From the NCBI GenBank assembly GCA_963749915.1, contig CAVVOP010000005.1, forward strand, positions 128,001 through 192,000: a stretch of 64,000 nt of DNA, given 5' to 3'. Positions within the stretch are counted from its first letter, which is position 1. Every line of letters starts with the position of its first letter. The stretch comes from an uncultured cyanobacterium (GTDB lineage: Bacteria; Cyanobacteriota; Cyanobacteriia; Cyanobacteriales; Cyanobacteriaceae). Below the pieces are notes generated by a model. It was not told where the DNA came from. It was given only the letters and a program-made list of their open reading frames with translations, and made no database searches. Shown here piece by piece: positions 1 through 10,099 of the stretch. A program made the position numbers and the translations under genes.

Positions 1-131
1 ATTAAAACCCCATTTGTCAGCCAAATAATCGACTATTTCAAAACCAATATTATGTCTAGTTTGTTCGTATTTCTTTTCAGGATTTCCCAAACCAATAATA
101 ACATCAGGAATAACTTTTTTTTTTCACTCAT
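1..131 (-). CDS. pth: peptidyl-tRNA hydrolase, 5' part (runs off window)
   Basis: Manual translation from ATG at 131: [43 protein letters not shown]...TRHNIGF is the Pth signature. Confidence 0.9.
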
Positions 132-216
132 GGTTCTTTTTTCTTAATGCTTTTTTGCTGAAGATTTTGGCTAAATACCATTCACCCCGACATTAAATTA
201 ATTTATGACTTTTGTC

Positions 217-1095
217 TCAATTCTCTGTCCAACTACTACGCCATGCTGATTCAGCTTGGGCGATTGCATATTGTCCAGTTATATTTTGGTATTCATCATC
301 AAGAGTGTCTAATTTTTGAAGAAGATTAGTAATTTTTTGTCGAATTAAATTTAACCCAGAATGATGAAACTCAATTTCCGTCAACCTTAAACAAATAGCG
401 ATAATAGAAGTAATATTCAAGTTTTCTGATTTATCCTCTTTTTCGACTAAAAGACTTAATAAATTAGGTGAACCACTGACAACAGAGGTATTTTCCTCTC
501 CCTGTAATGCCATTTCCAAAATTTTACTGGGTATTTTATTCGGTAAGATACCAGCATTTTGTAAATATTTATTCGCACGGTGAGAAATTGTCGTCAAAGA
601 TTCTTCGATGCAATCTTCAAGATCTAGCTGAAATTTGATTAAATCTTCTGGATTAAGATCCTTAGAAATAGGTAAATTTTCTACATCACTTTCTTTAATA
701 TACGATCGATCTAAAGAAGTTGGTTCCTGGTTATTTTCCGTGATTCCTGAAGAAGAAAAAAGTTCAATAATATTAGTATAAAAATCTTCTATAAATTTAT
801 TATGCGGGACTTCTATTGACCTTAAACGATCCAATAAATCTTGAGTAAAAATAGCATCTAATCCTCTAATTTTTTCCTGTAATTTAGTTCTTTCTTGATA
901 ACTTAAACCGAGAAAAGAATCAGGATATTTTTGAGTACAAATTTGATAGGTAGCGAAAACTAATTGACGATTAACAATCACACTTAAATTTTGAAAATAA
1001 TCCTTATATAAACTTTGTAAATTAGTAGTTAAATCTTGAATTTTAGTATTTAAAACGGTTAAATCATTGCTTAATTTCTTGATTGACTTACTCAT
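217..1095 (-). CDS. conserved hypothetical cyanobacterial coiled-coil protein
   Basis: 292-aa ORF ending AESAWRSSW; no recognised catalytic motif. Confidence 0.75.
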   Translation of the reverse strand: MSKSIKKLSNDLTVLNTKIQDLTTNLQSLYKDYFQNLSVIVNRQLVFATYQICTQKYPDSFLGLSYQERTKLQEKIRGLDAIFTQDLLDRLRSIEVPHNKFIEDFYTNIIELFSSSGITENNQEPTSLDRSYIKESDVENLPISKDLNPEDLIKFQLDLEDCIEESLTTISHRANKYLQNAGILPNKIPSKILEMALQGEENTSVVSGSPNLLSLLVEKEDKSENLNITSIIAICLRLTEIEFHHSGLNLIRQKITNLLQKLDTLDDEYQNITGQYAIAQAESAWRSSWTEN

Positions 1096-1125
1096 TTCTA
1101 GTTACTATTTCGGTGATCAAATTAT

Positions 1126-1157
1126 GGTAGGTTGGGTTGAAGATTATAAAACCCAAC
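1126..1157 (+). repeat. REP-like GTAG palindrome (GGTAGGTTGGGTT...AACCCAAC)
   Basis: Inverted repeat GTTGGGTT/AACCCAAC preceded by GTAG; second copy at 6531. Confidence 0.6.
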
Positions 1158-1327
1158 ACTGCTAAAAATTTTTATTGTCAATTGCCAATTGTCAATTACT
1201 CTTAAGAAATAGATTGGGGGGACTTTTCCCACAATAACTCGAATTTACTTCTTTTTTCTTAACCTAAAACCTAAAACCTAAATTTTTAGAGCTTTTAGCA
1301 AAGGTGCAAGATCTCAGAATTATAAAT

Positions 1328-1987
1328 TTATTTTAGTCCTGCTTGAGCGGCTACTTCCTTAGCAAAATTAGTTTCTTCTTTTTCGATGCCTTCCCCTAAG
1401 ACAAAACGGGTAAAACGACGCACTTGGATATTTTCGCCTATTTTAGCAATTTGCTGAGTAATTAATTCTTCAACAGTAATACCTTGATCTCGGATATAGG
1501 GTTGACTGAGTAAACACATTTCCCCTAAACGTTTTTGGATTCTACCCTCAACAATTTTTTCTTTGATGTTTTCAGGCTTGTTACCCAAATCATCTCTGCC
1601 CATTTCGATTTCTTTTTCTTTCCCAACAATGTCTTGAGGAATGTCAGCAATCTTAACATATTCAACATTAGGACAAGCCGCAATCTGCATAGCGATATTT
1701 TTTGCTAAGGCTTGGAAATCCTCTCTACGGGCAACGAAATCAGTTTCGCAGTTAACCTCGACTAAAACACCAATTCTGCCACCAGTATGAATATAACTTT
1801 CGACAATGCCTTCTGCGGCAACTCTACCAGCTTTTTTTTCGGCAGAAGTAATGCCCTTTTGACGCAACCATTCGCTGGCTTTTGCTATGTCACCATCATT
1901 TTCCACTAGGGCTTTTTTACAATCCATCATCCCGGCATTAGTTTTCTCTCTAAGCTCTTTTACTAATTTTGCAGATATTTCAGCCAT
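1328..1987 (-). CDS. tsf: elongation factor Ts
   Basis: [37 protein letters not shown]; downstream of rpsB. Confidence 0.98.
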   Translation of the reverse strand: MAEISAKLVKELREKTNAGMMDCKKALVENDGDIAKASEWLRQKGITSAEKKAGRVAAEGIVESYIHTGGRIGVLVEVNCETDFVARREDFQALAKNIAMQIAACPNVEYVKIADIPQDIVGKEKEIEMGRDDLGNKPENIKEKIVEGRIQKRLGEMCLLSQPYIRDQGITVEELITQQIAKIGENIQVRRFTRFVLGEGIEKEETNFAKEVAAQAGLK

Positions 1988-2124
1988 GATATTATTTTTA
2001 GTTTAAATTATCAACAACAATCATTACATGAATTGACCCAGATGAAAATTATCTGAGTTCCTTAGTAGGGACATAATCTGTTATGTATGCCCCTTGACGT
2101 TAATTTATAAGACAGGGAAGTTAA

Positions 2125-2931
2125 TTACTCTTCTTCTCCACTATCAACATCTTCGTCATCATCTTCATCCTCGTAATCTTCTTCATAGTCAGCTTCCCCA
2201 GTAGCTAAAGATTCTTCAAATTCATCGAATTTGCCTTCACTAATGGCTTTACCGTAACGCCCTTCATAAATCGCATCAGCCAATTTACCAATAATCAGTT
2301 TAATAGAGCGAATTGCGTCATCATTAGCAGGAATGGGGAAATCCACTAATTCAGGATTACAGTTGGTATCTAACATAGATACGACAGGTAGATTGAGTTT
2401 TTGACACTCTTTGATGGCGTTATGTTCTCTACGGATGTCAATAATAATGACGACATCAGGAACCCGACGCATATCTTTAATACCGCCGAGATATTTTTGT
2501 AGTTTATTCAATTCTCGACGTAAAACAGAGGCTTCTTTTTTTGGTCTTCTGTCTAAAGCACCACTTTCTTCTAATTCTTCTAATTCTTTGAGACGTGCTA
2601 CTCTGGATTTAATGGTTTCCCAGTTGGTAAGCATACCACCTAACCAACGTTGATTGATGTAGAACGCCCCGCAACGACTGGCTTCTTGGGCGATAATCCC
2701 CGCCGCTTGACGTTTAGTACCAACAAAAAGTACTTTTTTGCCACTTTCCGCCGCTTTTTTAACGTAACTATGGGCTTCTTCCATTAACTGTGCAGTTTGC
2801 ACTAAGTCAATAATATGTACACCATTTCTAGCGGTGTAGATATAAGGGGACATTTTGGGATTCCAACGACGAGTTTGATGTCCAAAATGAACACCAGAAT
2901 CTAAAAGCTCTTTTAAGCTAACTACTGACAT
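2125..2931 (-). CDS. rpsB: 30S ribosomal protein S2
   Basis: [35 protein letters not shown]. Confidence 0.99.
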   Translation of the reverse strand: MSVVSLKELLDSGVHFGHQTRRWNPKMSPYIYTARNGVHIIDLVQTAQLMEEAHSYVKKAAESGKKVLFVGTKRQAAGIIAQEASRCGAFYINQRWLGGMLTNWETIKSRVARLKELEELEESGALDRRPKKEASVLRRELNKLQKYLGGIKDMRRVPDVVIIIDIRREHNAIKECQKLNLPVVSMLDTNCNPELVDFPIPANDDAIRSIKLIIGKLADAIYEGRYGKAISEGKFDEFEESLATGEADYEEDYEDEDDDEDVDSGEEE

Positions 2932-2939
2932 TTGTTTTT

Positions 2940-3025
2940 CTCCTTGTTTCGGGTTTATCCTCCATCTGGGTTAGTTCTATTTCTGGTTTTTAGAAACACC
3001 CGACACCCCAGATGTGCGAATTTAG
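2940..3025 (-). promoter_or_regulatory. rpsB 5' leader, putative S2 autoregulatory RNA
   Basis: Minus strand CACATCTGGGG...CCCAGATGGAGGATAAACCCG: long stem plus GGAGG.TAA.CCC motif resembling rpsB leaders. Confidence 0.5.
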
Positions 3026-3261
3026 ACAACTTTACTAGTATATCACAAGATTTGTTTTTTCCAAGATTTATTTAATCCTTAATATAATGGTGAAACAATT
3101 ATTTTTCCCTAAAATTTAAGACCTCGGCAGTTACGTGTTTTCAAGAATCATTTGCGTAAGTTAGGTTCTAGTCTTTTCGTCTCTCCCTCTCCGAAACCCG
3201 AACTCATTGTTAATTACTATACAATGGGAATTGTAACTTAAACATCGAGTAAAAATTCGCT

Positions 3262-4533
3262 ATGACTTTAACTTTAGTTAGACCTAATTGCGTTCATTCT
3301 CCCACCATTACCGAATTACCTGATGGTTTAACTATCATTGCTGAACAAATAACCGTTTCTGCTGTTAACCTTAATATCTGGTTTAATGTGGGTTCAGCCA
3401 TCGAGTCTGATAATATCAATGGTATGGCTCATTTTTTAGAACACATGATCTTTAAGGGTAGTGCTAAATTAGCTAGTGGGGAATTTGAGCGTTTATTAGA
3501 AGCTAAAGGTGCAGTGACGAATGCGGCAACAAGTCAGGAATATACCCATTTTTATTTTACTTGTGCACCTCAAGATTTTGCACAGATTCTTCCTTTACAG
3601 TTAGATTTGGTGTTAAATCCCCTTTTACCCTCCCCTGAATTTGACAGAGAAAAAATGGTGGTTTTAGAAGAAATTAGGCGATCCCATGATAACCCTCCTA
3701 GGAGAGTATCTGAACGCATGATGAACAATCTATTTCCTAATTTACCCTATCACCGTCCAATTTTAGGCACAACGGAAATTATCGAAAATTTGACCTGTCA
3801 ACAGATGCAATCTTTTCATGATTCATGGTATCAACCTTCAGGAATGACGGTGGTAGCAGTAGGTAATTTACCTGTAGAAGAATTAACGGAAACCATCATT
3901 AATTCTTTAACTATCGATAAAATTAATGTACAACCAGAGAGAATTAATTATCAACCAGAGTCACCTTTTAAAGAAATTATTACCGATGAATATACCGATT
4001 CTTCCTTACAACAATCTCGTTTAATGTTAATGTGGCGGGTACCCGGATTGAATAATTTATCGGAAACATTACCCCTAGACGTTTTAGCGGTAATTTTAGG
4101 ACAGGGAAAACTATGCCGACTATTCCGAGATTTGCGGGAAAATCGCCGTTTAGCAACTCGTATTTCTGCCAGTAACATGACAAATCAAATACAAGGAGCT
4201 TTCTATATTGCGGTACAACTATCACAAGAAAATATCCTTCAAGTAAAAGACGCTATTCTTAATCATCTCGCCGATATTCAAGCAAACGGGGTTACTCAGG
4301 AGGAATTAAATCGGGTTTGTCAAGTTGCCGCCAATCAATTTATCTTTCAAAGTGAAAAACCGAGCGATCGTGCTAATTTATATGGCTATTATTATTCACA
4401 GGTTAAAAGTCTCATTCCCGCCTTAGAATATGCCGAAAAAATCAGAAATTTAACTACCGAGGATATACAACAAGCCGCCCAAAAATTCTTAAACTTAAAC
4501 GCCTATGGGGTAGTAATCGCCATGGACAAGTAA
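3262..4533 (+). CDS. M16 family zinc metallopeptidase
   Basis: GMAHFLEHMIFKGS (HxxEH), NAATSQEYT. Confidence 0.92.
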   Translation: MTLTLVRPNCVHSPTITELPDGLTIIAEQITVSAVNLNIWFNVGSAIESDNINGMAHFLEHMIFKGSAKLASGEFERLLEAKGAVTNAATSQEYTHFYFTCAPQDFAQILPLQLDLVLNPLLPSPEFDREKMVVLEEIRRSHDNPPRRVSERMMNNLFPNLPYHRPILGTTEIIENLTCQQMQSFHDSWYQPSGMTVVAVGNLPVEELTETIINSLTIDKINVQPERINYQPESPFKEIITDEYTDSSLQQSRLMLMWRVPGLNNLSETLPLDVLAVILGQGKLCRLFRDLRENRRLATRISASNMTNQIQGAFYIAVQLSQENILQVKDAILNHLADIQANGVTQEELNRVCQVAANQFIFQSEKPSDRANLYGYYYSQVKSLIPALEYAEKIRNLTTEDIQQAAQKFLNLNAYGVVIAMDK

Positions 4534-4697
4534 CAACAATACATACCTGTCCGCCTGTGTTCTTTGTCTCTGAACTCCGAACTCATTAATTAAAAGTGTT
4601 CTTTGGTACATTTAGGATAAAGTTAATGATATATTGAAGAACAGATTTTTTTTGGGAAATCAAATTTTGATAAATAAAAATTATCATATAAGGTTTA

Positions 4698-5837
4698 ATG
4701 CGCAATTTTAAGCTATCAATCATGGATGCCTATTTGGTAAGAGAATTAATAACCCCCTTTTTCTTTAGCGTGGGAATTTTCTCTGCTTTAGGAGTAACCA
4801 TCGGCACAGTATCAGATTTAAGTTATAAAATTGTTAATTCCGATTTAGCATTCATTTCTGCGATACAAATTTTTTGCCTAAAAATACCGGAATATATTGC
4901 TTATGGTTTGCCTGTCTCTGTGTTATTAACAACCTTAATCACTTATAGTCGCTTAAGTAAAGACAATGAATTAGTGGCTTTGCTAAGTTGTGGACCTAGT
5001 CTTGTCCGGTTAATTATTCCTGCACTAATTTTAAGTTTATTTGTCACGGTTTTAACCTTTGTTTTCAATGAATTAATTGTCCCTAATGCTAACTATCAAG
5101 CTACCACAATTTTGGTAGAGCAAATCAACGAACAAAGGCGATTTTTACTAAGAAAAGATATTTTTTATCCTGAATATATACAAGTAAAAGAAGAAAATGG
5201 TCATGATCATAAACAGTTAAAAGCTCTATTTTATGCCCAAGAATTCGATGGGGAAAATATGCAATATTTAACGATTTTAGAGACAGAAAGAAAAGGATTA
5301 AATAAGGTAATTATTTCCGAAAAAGGCACATGGAATAATAAACTGCAAGTATGGGATTTATTCAATGGAGTGATTTATGATGTTCAAACTAATCCTTTAA
5401 CTGCTAGAGAATCTTTTTTCGAAGAAACGCAATTTGCTTTATCAAAAACCCCTTTAGAATTAGCCGCAAAAAGTAGAGATCCCTATGAAATGAATATTTT
5501 TCAATCCGAAGAATATATTAAATTATTAAGATTATTAGGCGATGAAAAAAATGTGTTAATGTTTCAAGTTCGCACGGCCCAAAAAATGTCCTTTCCCTTT
5601 GTTTGTATCATATTTGCTTTGGTGGGATCATCTTTAGGTTGTCTGCCAAATACCGCCAGTAAAGCCACCAGTTTCGGTTTATGCGTCGCCATCGTTTTTG
5701 GCTATTATTTTCTTAGTTTTTTGATTGGCAGTTTAGGCTTAGTTGGGGTTATTTCCCCTTTTATGGCGGCATGGATACCGAATCTTTTAGGTTTATTAAT
5801 TGGGGTCTATCTATTATTTAAACCTAGTTTTGCTTAA
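4698..5837 (+). CDS. LptF/LptG family permease
   Basis: N-terminal D.YL.REL..PF, multiple TM segments, C-terminal AAWIPN. Confidence 0.88.
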   Translation: MRNFKLSIMDAYLVRELITPFFFSVGIFSALGVTIGTVSDLSYKIVNSDLAFISAIQIFCLKIPEYIAYGLPVSVLLTTLITYSRLSKDNELVALLSCGPSLVRLIIPALILSLFVTVLTFVFNELIVPNANYQATTILVEQINEQRRFLLRKDIFYPEYIQVKEENGHDHKQLKALFYAQEFDGENMQYLTILETERKGLNKVIISEKGTWNNKLQVWDLFNGVIYDVQTNPLTARESFFEETQFALSKTPLELAAKSRDPYEMNIFQSEEYIKLLRLLGDEKNVLMFQVRTAQKMSFPFVCIIFALVGSSLGCLPNTASKATSFGLCVAIVFGYYFLSFLIGSLGLVGVISPFMAAWIPNLLGLLIGVYLLFKPSFA

Positions 5838-5851
5838 CAATCTTAATTCGC

Positions 5852-6523
5852 TTAATTTAAGGCCTCAGTGAATTTTTGAGCCAATAAATCAATGCCTGTA
5901 ATCGCTGTACCTACAACCACAGAAAAACAACCTAAATCAAGTGCTTTTTTAACTTCCTCTGGTATTTTTATACCCCCCTCACAAATAATCGGTTTATCGA
6001 TGACTTTTACTAATTTCTCAATAAATTCAAAACTAGGAGGAATTAAATCTTGTGTTTTTTCTGTATAACCGTATAGAGTAGTACCGATCAAATCAGCTCC
6101 AGCATTAGAAGCTGCGATGGCATTTTCAAGGGTATCAATATCAGCCATGACTAATTTACCCAGTTTTTGCTTAATGTGGGTGATAATTTCCGGCATTGTT
6201 TCCCCATTAGGCCGACTTCTTTGAGTGGCATCAATGGCGATAATATCAGCCCCAGCTTGACTCACGGCAATGGCATCAGCAAAACGAGGAGTAATATAAA
6301 CGGAGGAATTAAGCTCCGTTTGCTTCCATAAACCGATGACGGGAATACCTGGTAATAATTGTTTAACGGCTTGAATATGACTAGGGCTATCAATTCTTAA
6401 ACCCTTTGCCCCTTGTTTTACACAGGCCTTGGCGATCGCCGCAATGATGAAGGGATCATGTAAAGGCGAATCACTAGGTGCTTGACAGGAAATGATGAGA
6501 CTAGATTTTAATGCTTCAATCAT
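5852..6523 (-). CDS. nanE: N-acetylmannosamine-6-phosphate 2-epimerase
   Basis: LIISCQA, PVIGLWK, YITP, GTTLYGYT, EGGI, VVGTAIT. Confidence 0.92.
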   Translation of the reverse strand: MIEALKSSLIISCQAPSDSPLHDPFIIAAIAKACVKQGAKGLRIDSPSHIQAVKQLLPGIPVIGLWKQTELNSSVYITPRFADAIAVSQAGADIIAIDATQRSRPNGETMPEIITHIKQKLGKLVMADIDTLENAIAASNAGADLIGTTLYGYTEKTQDLIPPSFEFIEKLVKVIDKPIICEGGIKIPEEVKKALDLGCFSVVVGTAITGIDLLAQKFTEALN

Positions 6524-6530
6524 AATAAAC

Positions 6531-6623
6531 GGTAGGTTGGGTTAAGCAAAGTGCAACCCAACAAATCAACGTAGAAAATATAATTTGATGATGTCGAGTT
6601 GTGTACCTTAACCCAACTTAACC
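6531..6623. repeat. paired inverted REP-like elements (BIME-like)
   Basis: GGTAGGTTGGGTTAA...AACCCAAC (6531-6562) and near reverse-complement TTAACCCAACTTA at 6608-6620. Confidence 0.55.
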
Positions 6624-6661
6624 AGGTCAGTGAAAAAAGTTAATTGTCCATTGTCCATTGT

Positions 6662-7372
6662 TTAGTCGTGTAACTTAAGATCTCTTAAGGCGTTAACATC
6701 AACTTCGATGGAAGGACCCATGGAAGAAGAAACATAAATACTACGCCAGTAACGACCTTTTGCACCAGAAGGACGCTGACGATCGACAGTTTCTTGTATT
6801 GCTTTTAAGTTGGATAATAAATCCTCCGCAGGGAAAGAAGATTTGCCAAAAAGTACATGGACGATACCAGTACGATCAGCACGAAATTCTAATTTACCTG
6901 CTTTAAATTCATTAATAGCACCAGCTAAATCAGTAGTTACAGTACCACCTTTAGGAGAAGGCATTAAACCTTTAGGACCTAAAACCCGACCTAATTTGGC
7001 GATTTTTGGCATCATGTCGGGGGTAGCGATTAACACATCGAAATCCATCATTCCTTTTTGAATTTCGTCGATTAAGTCTTCCTCCCCCACTATATCAGCA
7101 CCGGAATTACTAGCAGATTTGACTTGTTCACCTCTGGTAATTACCGCTACTCTTACAGTTTGTCCTGTACCTTTAGGAAGACTTACCGTAGTTCTTAATT
7201 GTTGATCAGTGTACTTGGGGTCAATACCTAAACGGATATGTACTTCTGCGGTTTCATCAAATTTAGCCGTTGCCGTTTCCTTTAATAATTGCAACGCTTC
7301 TAAAGGCTCATAGGCCCTGTCTTCAACCTTAGCTAAGGCCTCTTTAAATCTGCGACTTACTTTTTTACTCAT
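6662..7372 (-). CDS. rplA: 50S ribosomal protein L1
   Basis: Start re-called at MSKKVSRR (ATG 7372, AGGAG RBS); [17 protein letters not shown]. Confidence 0.98.
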   Translation of the reverse strand: MSKKVSRRFKEALAKVEDRAYEPLEALQLLKETATAKFDETAEVHIRLGIDPKYTDQQLRTTVSLPKGTGQTVRVAVITRGEQVKSASNSGADIVGEEDLIDEIQKGMMDFDVLIATPDMMPKIAKLGRVLGPKGLMPSPKGGTVTTDLAGAINEFKAGKLEFRADRTGIVHVLFGKSSFPAEDLLSNLKAIQETVDRQRPSGAKGRYWRSIYVSSSMGPSIEVDVNALRDLKLHD

Positions 7373-7387
7373 TGACGTTATGTATCT

Positions 7388-7425
7388 CCTTGGGTAAACT
7401 AACGAAGTTAACACCTCTCCCCATG
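7388..7425 (-). promoter_or_regulatory. putative L1-binding leader upstream of rplA
   Basis: Minus strand TGGGGAGAGG-TGTTAA-CTTCGTTAGTTTACCCA just before the RBS; resembles the L1 autoregulation hairpin. Confidence 0.4.
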
Positions 7426-7496
7426 ATAAAATTACTTTTATTGTCAACTGTGCTAGTTGATTTTCCAGGTTCGTGGGTAAATATATTAGTTGATGA

Positions 7497-7922
7497 TTAA
7501 TCAACAACGGTAACACCCATATTACGGGCAGTTCCGGCAATAATTTTCATAGCCGCTTCAATGTCATTAGCATTTAAGTCAGGCATTTTAGTTTGAGCGA
7601 TTTCCTGTAGTTGAGCTTTGGTAATTTTAGCTACCTTATTTCGATTAGGTTCTTTGGAACCGCTTTTAATACCTACGGCAGTTTTAATCAACTCAGAAGC
7701 TGGAGGAGTTTTAAGAATAAAGGTAAAACTACGATCTTCAAAAACAGAAATTTCTACGGGAATAATCATCCCTACTTGATTGGCGGTTTTGGCGTTATAT
7801 TCTTTGCAGAATGCCATGATGTTCACACCGTGTTGACCCAATGCCGGACCAACGGGAGGTGCAGGGTTTGCCTTACCCGCAGGTAAGGCTAATTTGATTA
7901 ATGCAACGACTTTTTTTGCCAT
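7497..7922 (-). CDS. rplK: 50S ribosomal protein L11
   Basis: [22 protein letters not shown]. Confidence 0.99.
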   Translation of the reverse strand: MAKKVVALIKLALPAGKANPAPPVGPALGQHGVNIMAFCKEYNAKTANQVGMIIPVEISVFEDRSFTFILKTPPASELIKTAVGIKSGSKEPNRNKVAKITKAQLQEIAQTKMPDLNANDIEAAMKIIAGTARNMGVTVVD

Positions 7923-7937
7923 TGTTAAAGTTTCCTT

Positions 7938-8558
7938 TTATCCTTGTTTTTCTACTTGATTAAATTCCAATTCCACGGGGGTATCACGCCCAAAAATTGA
8001 TAGGAGTGCTTTCAGTTTACTTCTTTCAGTACTAACCTCAATCACTTCCCCAGCAAAGTCTTTAAAGGGACCAGAAAGTACGACAATCTTATCTCCCACC
8101 TGCATATCAATTTTGACCACAGGTTCAGCATCTTCCATTTGTTTGAAAATACGATTGACTTCTGAAGGAGATAATGGCATGGGTTTTACATGACCTCTAC
8201 CTCTACCTACAGCCCTTCTCTGTTCAGCGCCTACGAAATTGATTACGTTAGAAGTATTTTTGACCATCTGCCAAGCATCATCATCTAAGATCATTTGCAC
8301 TAGCACATAGCCCGGTAATACTTTTTCTTCCCCGTGATAGCGACTGCCATCTTTACGCACTTTTACCGTCGGACTTTGGGGTATTCGTATTTCCAAGACA
8401 CGATCGCTAAGATTAAAACTATTAACTCGTTGTTCGATGTCAGTTTTAACTTTTTTTTCGCAACCGGCTGCTACCTGTACCACATACCAACGGGGTTGAC
8501 CCACTGCCACCTTCGTGGGAGTTGATTCTGGTTCATTTTCAGGAGTAAAACTCATCAA
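7938..8558 (-). CDS. nusG: transcription termination/antitermination factor NusG
   Basis: WYVVQV, LPGYVLV, KOW GPFKDFAG, IFGRDTPVELEF. Confidence 0.98.
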   Translation of the reverse strand: MMSFTPENEPESTPTKVAVGQPRWYVVQVAAGCEKKVKTDIEQRVNSFNLSDRVLEIRIPQSPTVKVRKDGSRYHGEEKVLPGYVLVQMILDDDAWQMVKNTSNVINFVGAEQRRAVGRGRGHVKPMPLSPSEVNRIFKQMEDAEPVVKIDMQVGDKIVVLSGPFKDFAGEVIEVSTERSKLKALLSIFGRDTPVELEFNQVEKQG

Positions 8559-8809
8559 AACACCATCCCCGCCGCCCAGCCGAATACTTTATCCACGAGA
8601 TAAATTAAACTCGCGACGAGTGCAACCATTAAAATCACAGCTACAGATTCACTGAGTAGTTGCTGGCGGGAAGGCCAAACGACCTTCGCTAACTCTTGCT
8701 TGGTTTCCTCTACAAAATTAGCATTGTTAGTGCCGTCATTTTCAGACTCAGTGGGAGTAATCTTTTTCCCCTTGACAGTTTCTTTATTTGTCACAATAAT
8801 TTTCCTCAT
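8555..8809 (-). CDS. secE: preprotein translocase subunit SecE
   Basis: ELAKVVWPSRQQL plus TM helix; conserved position. Confidence 0.95.
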   Translation of the reverse strand: MRKIIVTNKETVKGKKITPTESENDGTNNANFVEETKQELAKVVWPSRQQLLSESVAVILMVALVASLIYLVDKVFGWAAGMVF

Positions 8810-8907
8810 TAATAGACGTTTTTTCTGCGGCTATGCCTAGCAAACAACGCCATCCAATCCCTATTATAGAGTCAGTTAACTACATATTTCTCTTATGGTT
8901 AGACCAA

Positions 8908-8980
8908 CACGTCCTAGAGGACTTGAACCCCTGACATTCGGTTTTGGAGACCGACGTTCTACCAACTGAACTAAGGACGT
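8908..8980 (-). tRNA. trnW: tRNA-Trp (CCA)
   Basis: Reverse complement ACGTCCTTAGTTCAGTTGGTAGAACG-TCGGT-CTCCAAA-ACCGA-ATGTCAGGGGTTCAAGTCCTCTAGGACGTG folds as a cloverleaf, anticodon CCA; sits between rplS and secE. Confidence 0.97.
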
Positions 8981-9150
8981 ATATCTAGATACTATAACTT
9001 TTTTTGTTAAATTTTGTCAAGTATCAGAATTCTTTAACCAGTTTATGGTTAGTTGGGGCTAAACTTCGAGAAAATAGTTAAGACATTGACACTTTCTCCC
9101 TAACCTTATTGAGTATGACGAGAGACTTATTATGGGAGACAATAGAGAAA

Positions 9151-9549
9151 CTATTTTGCTTTTGCAGTTTTCCCTTCAAGGGGACGATCAAAACGTTGTT
9201 TAATGCGGGTAGCCTTACCAACTCTATCTCTAAGATAGTAAAGTTTCGCTCTTCTGACTTTACCACGACGGATAACCTGAATGTTAGCGACAACGGGAGA
9301 ATGAATCATGAAGACTCTTTCTACGCCAACACCCTGAAAAACACGTCTCACGGTAATAGTTTCATTGATACCGCCATTACGCATGGCAATAATCGTACCC
9401 TCAAAGGGTTGTATTCTTTGTTTTCCACCTTCTTGAATGCGAACACCGATTTTAACAGTGTCACCAACATTGATAGTGGGTAATGTGCCTTTTTCTTTCA
9501 GATAACCAGCTTCAATAGACTTAATTATCGCATTTGCATTTATAGACAT
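9151..9549 (-). CDS. rplS: 50S ribosomal protein L19
   Basis: [22 protein letters not shown]. Confidence 0.98.
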   Translation of the reverse strand: MSINANAIIKSIEAGYLKEKGTLPTINVGDTVKIGVRIQEGGKQRIQPFEGTIIAMRNGGINETITVRRVFQGVGVERVFMIHSPVVANIQVIRRGKVRRAKLYYLRDRVGKATRIKQRFDRPLEGKTAKAK

Positions 9550-9688
9550 GGAGATTTATTTGTCAAAAACTCACAATTGACCATCATAGCTTTTTTATGA
9601 ACTCCTTGTCAATAAATATTTTTTCCCGATCAAATCCGCTAGAATTGTCTTTGCTGTATTATTCGTGGCTAATCTAATATATAAAATT

Positions 9689-9949
9689 ATGGCTAACAAA
9701 CAAAAATTTCCTCACTTATTAGGCTCAAAATGGACTGCTCAACAAAAAACGTGGGGTTGGAGACATTTTCAAGTAATTAATCGTAAAAATGAGGATAAAT
9801 GGGTATTTGCGGAGATGATTGCTTCTTGTGATGATAGTGTGCGTTTTTGGATTAATGCCAAACAATTAAAGGACAGGGATTTATGGACTCCGGGATGGGT
9901 TACGTTAGAGTTGTTGGGTAAGTTATCAGGAATGAAGAATGAGCAATGA
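9689..9949 (+). CDS. TIGR02450-like Trp-rich protein
   Basis: FPHLLGSKWTA...GWRHFQV...WTPGW; start re-called at ATG 9689. Confidence 0.8.
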   Translation: MANKQKFPHLLGSKWTAQQKTWGWRHFQVINRKNEDKWVFAEMIASCDDSVRFWINAKQLKDRDLWTPGWVTLELLGKLSGMKNEQ

Positions 9950-10047
9950 GCAATGAGCAATGAGTAATGAGCAATGAGCAATGAGCAATGAGCAATGAGG
10001 AATTGGAAATTAGAAATTAGAAATTAGAAATTAGAAATTAGAAATTA
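9938..10047. repeat. STRR-type heptamer arrays (AATGAGC)x~9 then (AAATTAG)x~6
   Basis: Visible tandem 7-mers between convergent genes. Confidence 0.95.
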
Positions 10048-10099
10048 ATTCTAAATTTTCCTTTCTCAGTATCTTTTATAGTTGGTGCAAGATTTGAGT

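Noticed and set aside
2125..2220. Acidic low-complexity tail of RpsB
   Set aside because: Common in cyanobacterial S2.
7373..7540. N-terminal extension of RplA in the ORF track
   Set aside because: Overlaps rplK; the true start with RBS is at 7372.
9938..10047. CRISPR array
   Set aside because: Contiguous 7-mers without spacers; ordinary cyanobacterial STRR. No cas genes in the window.
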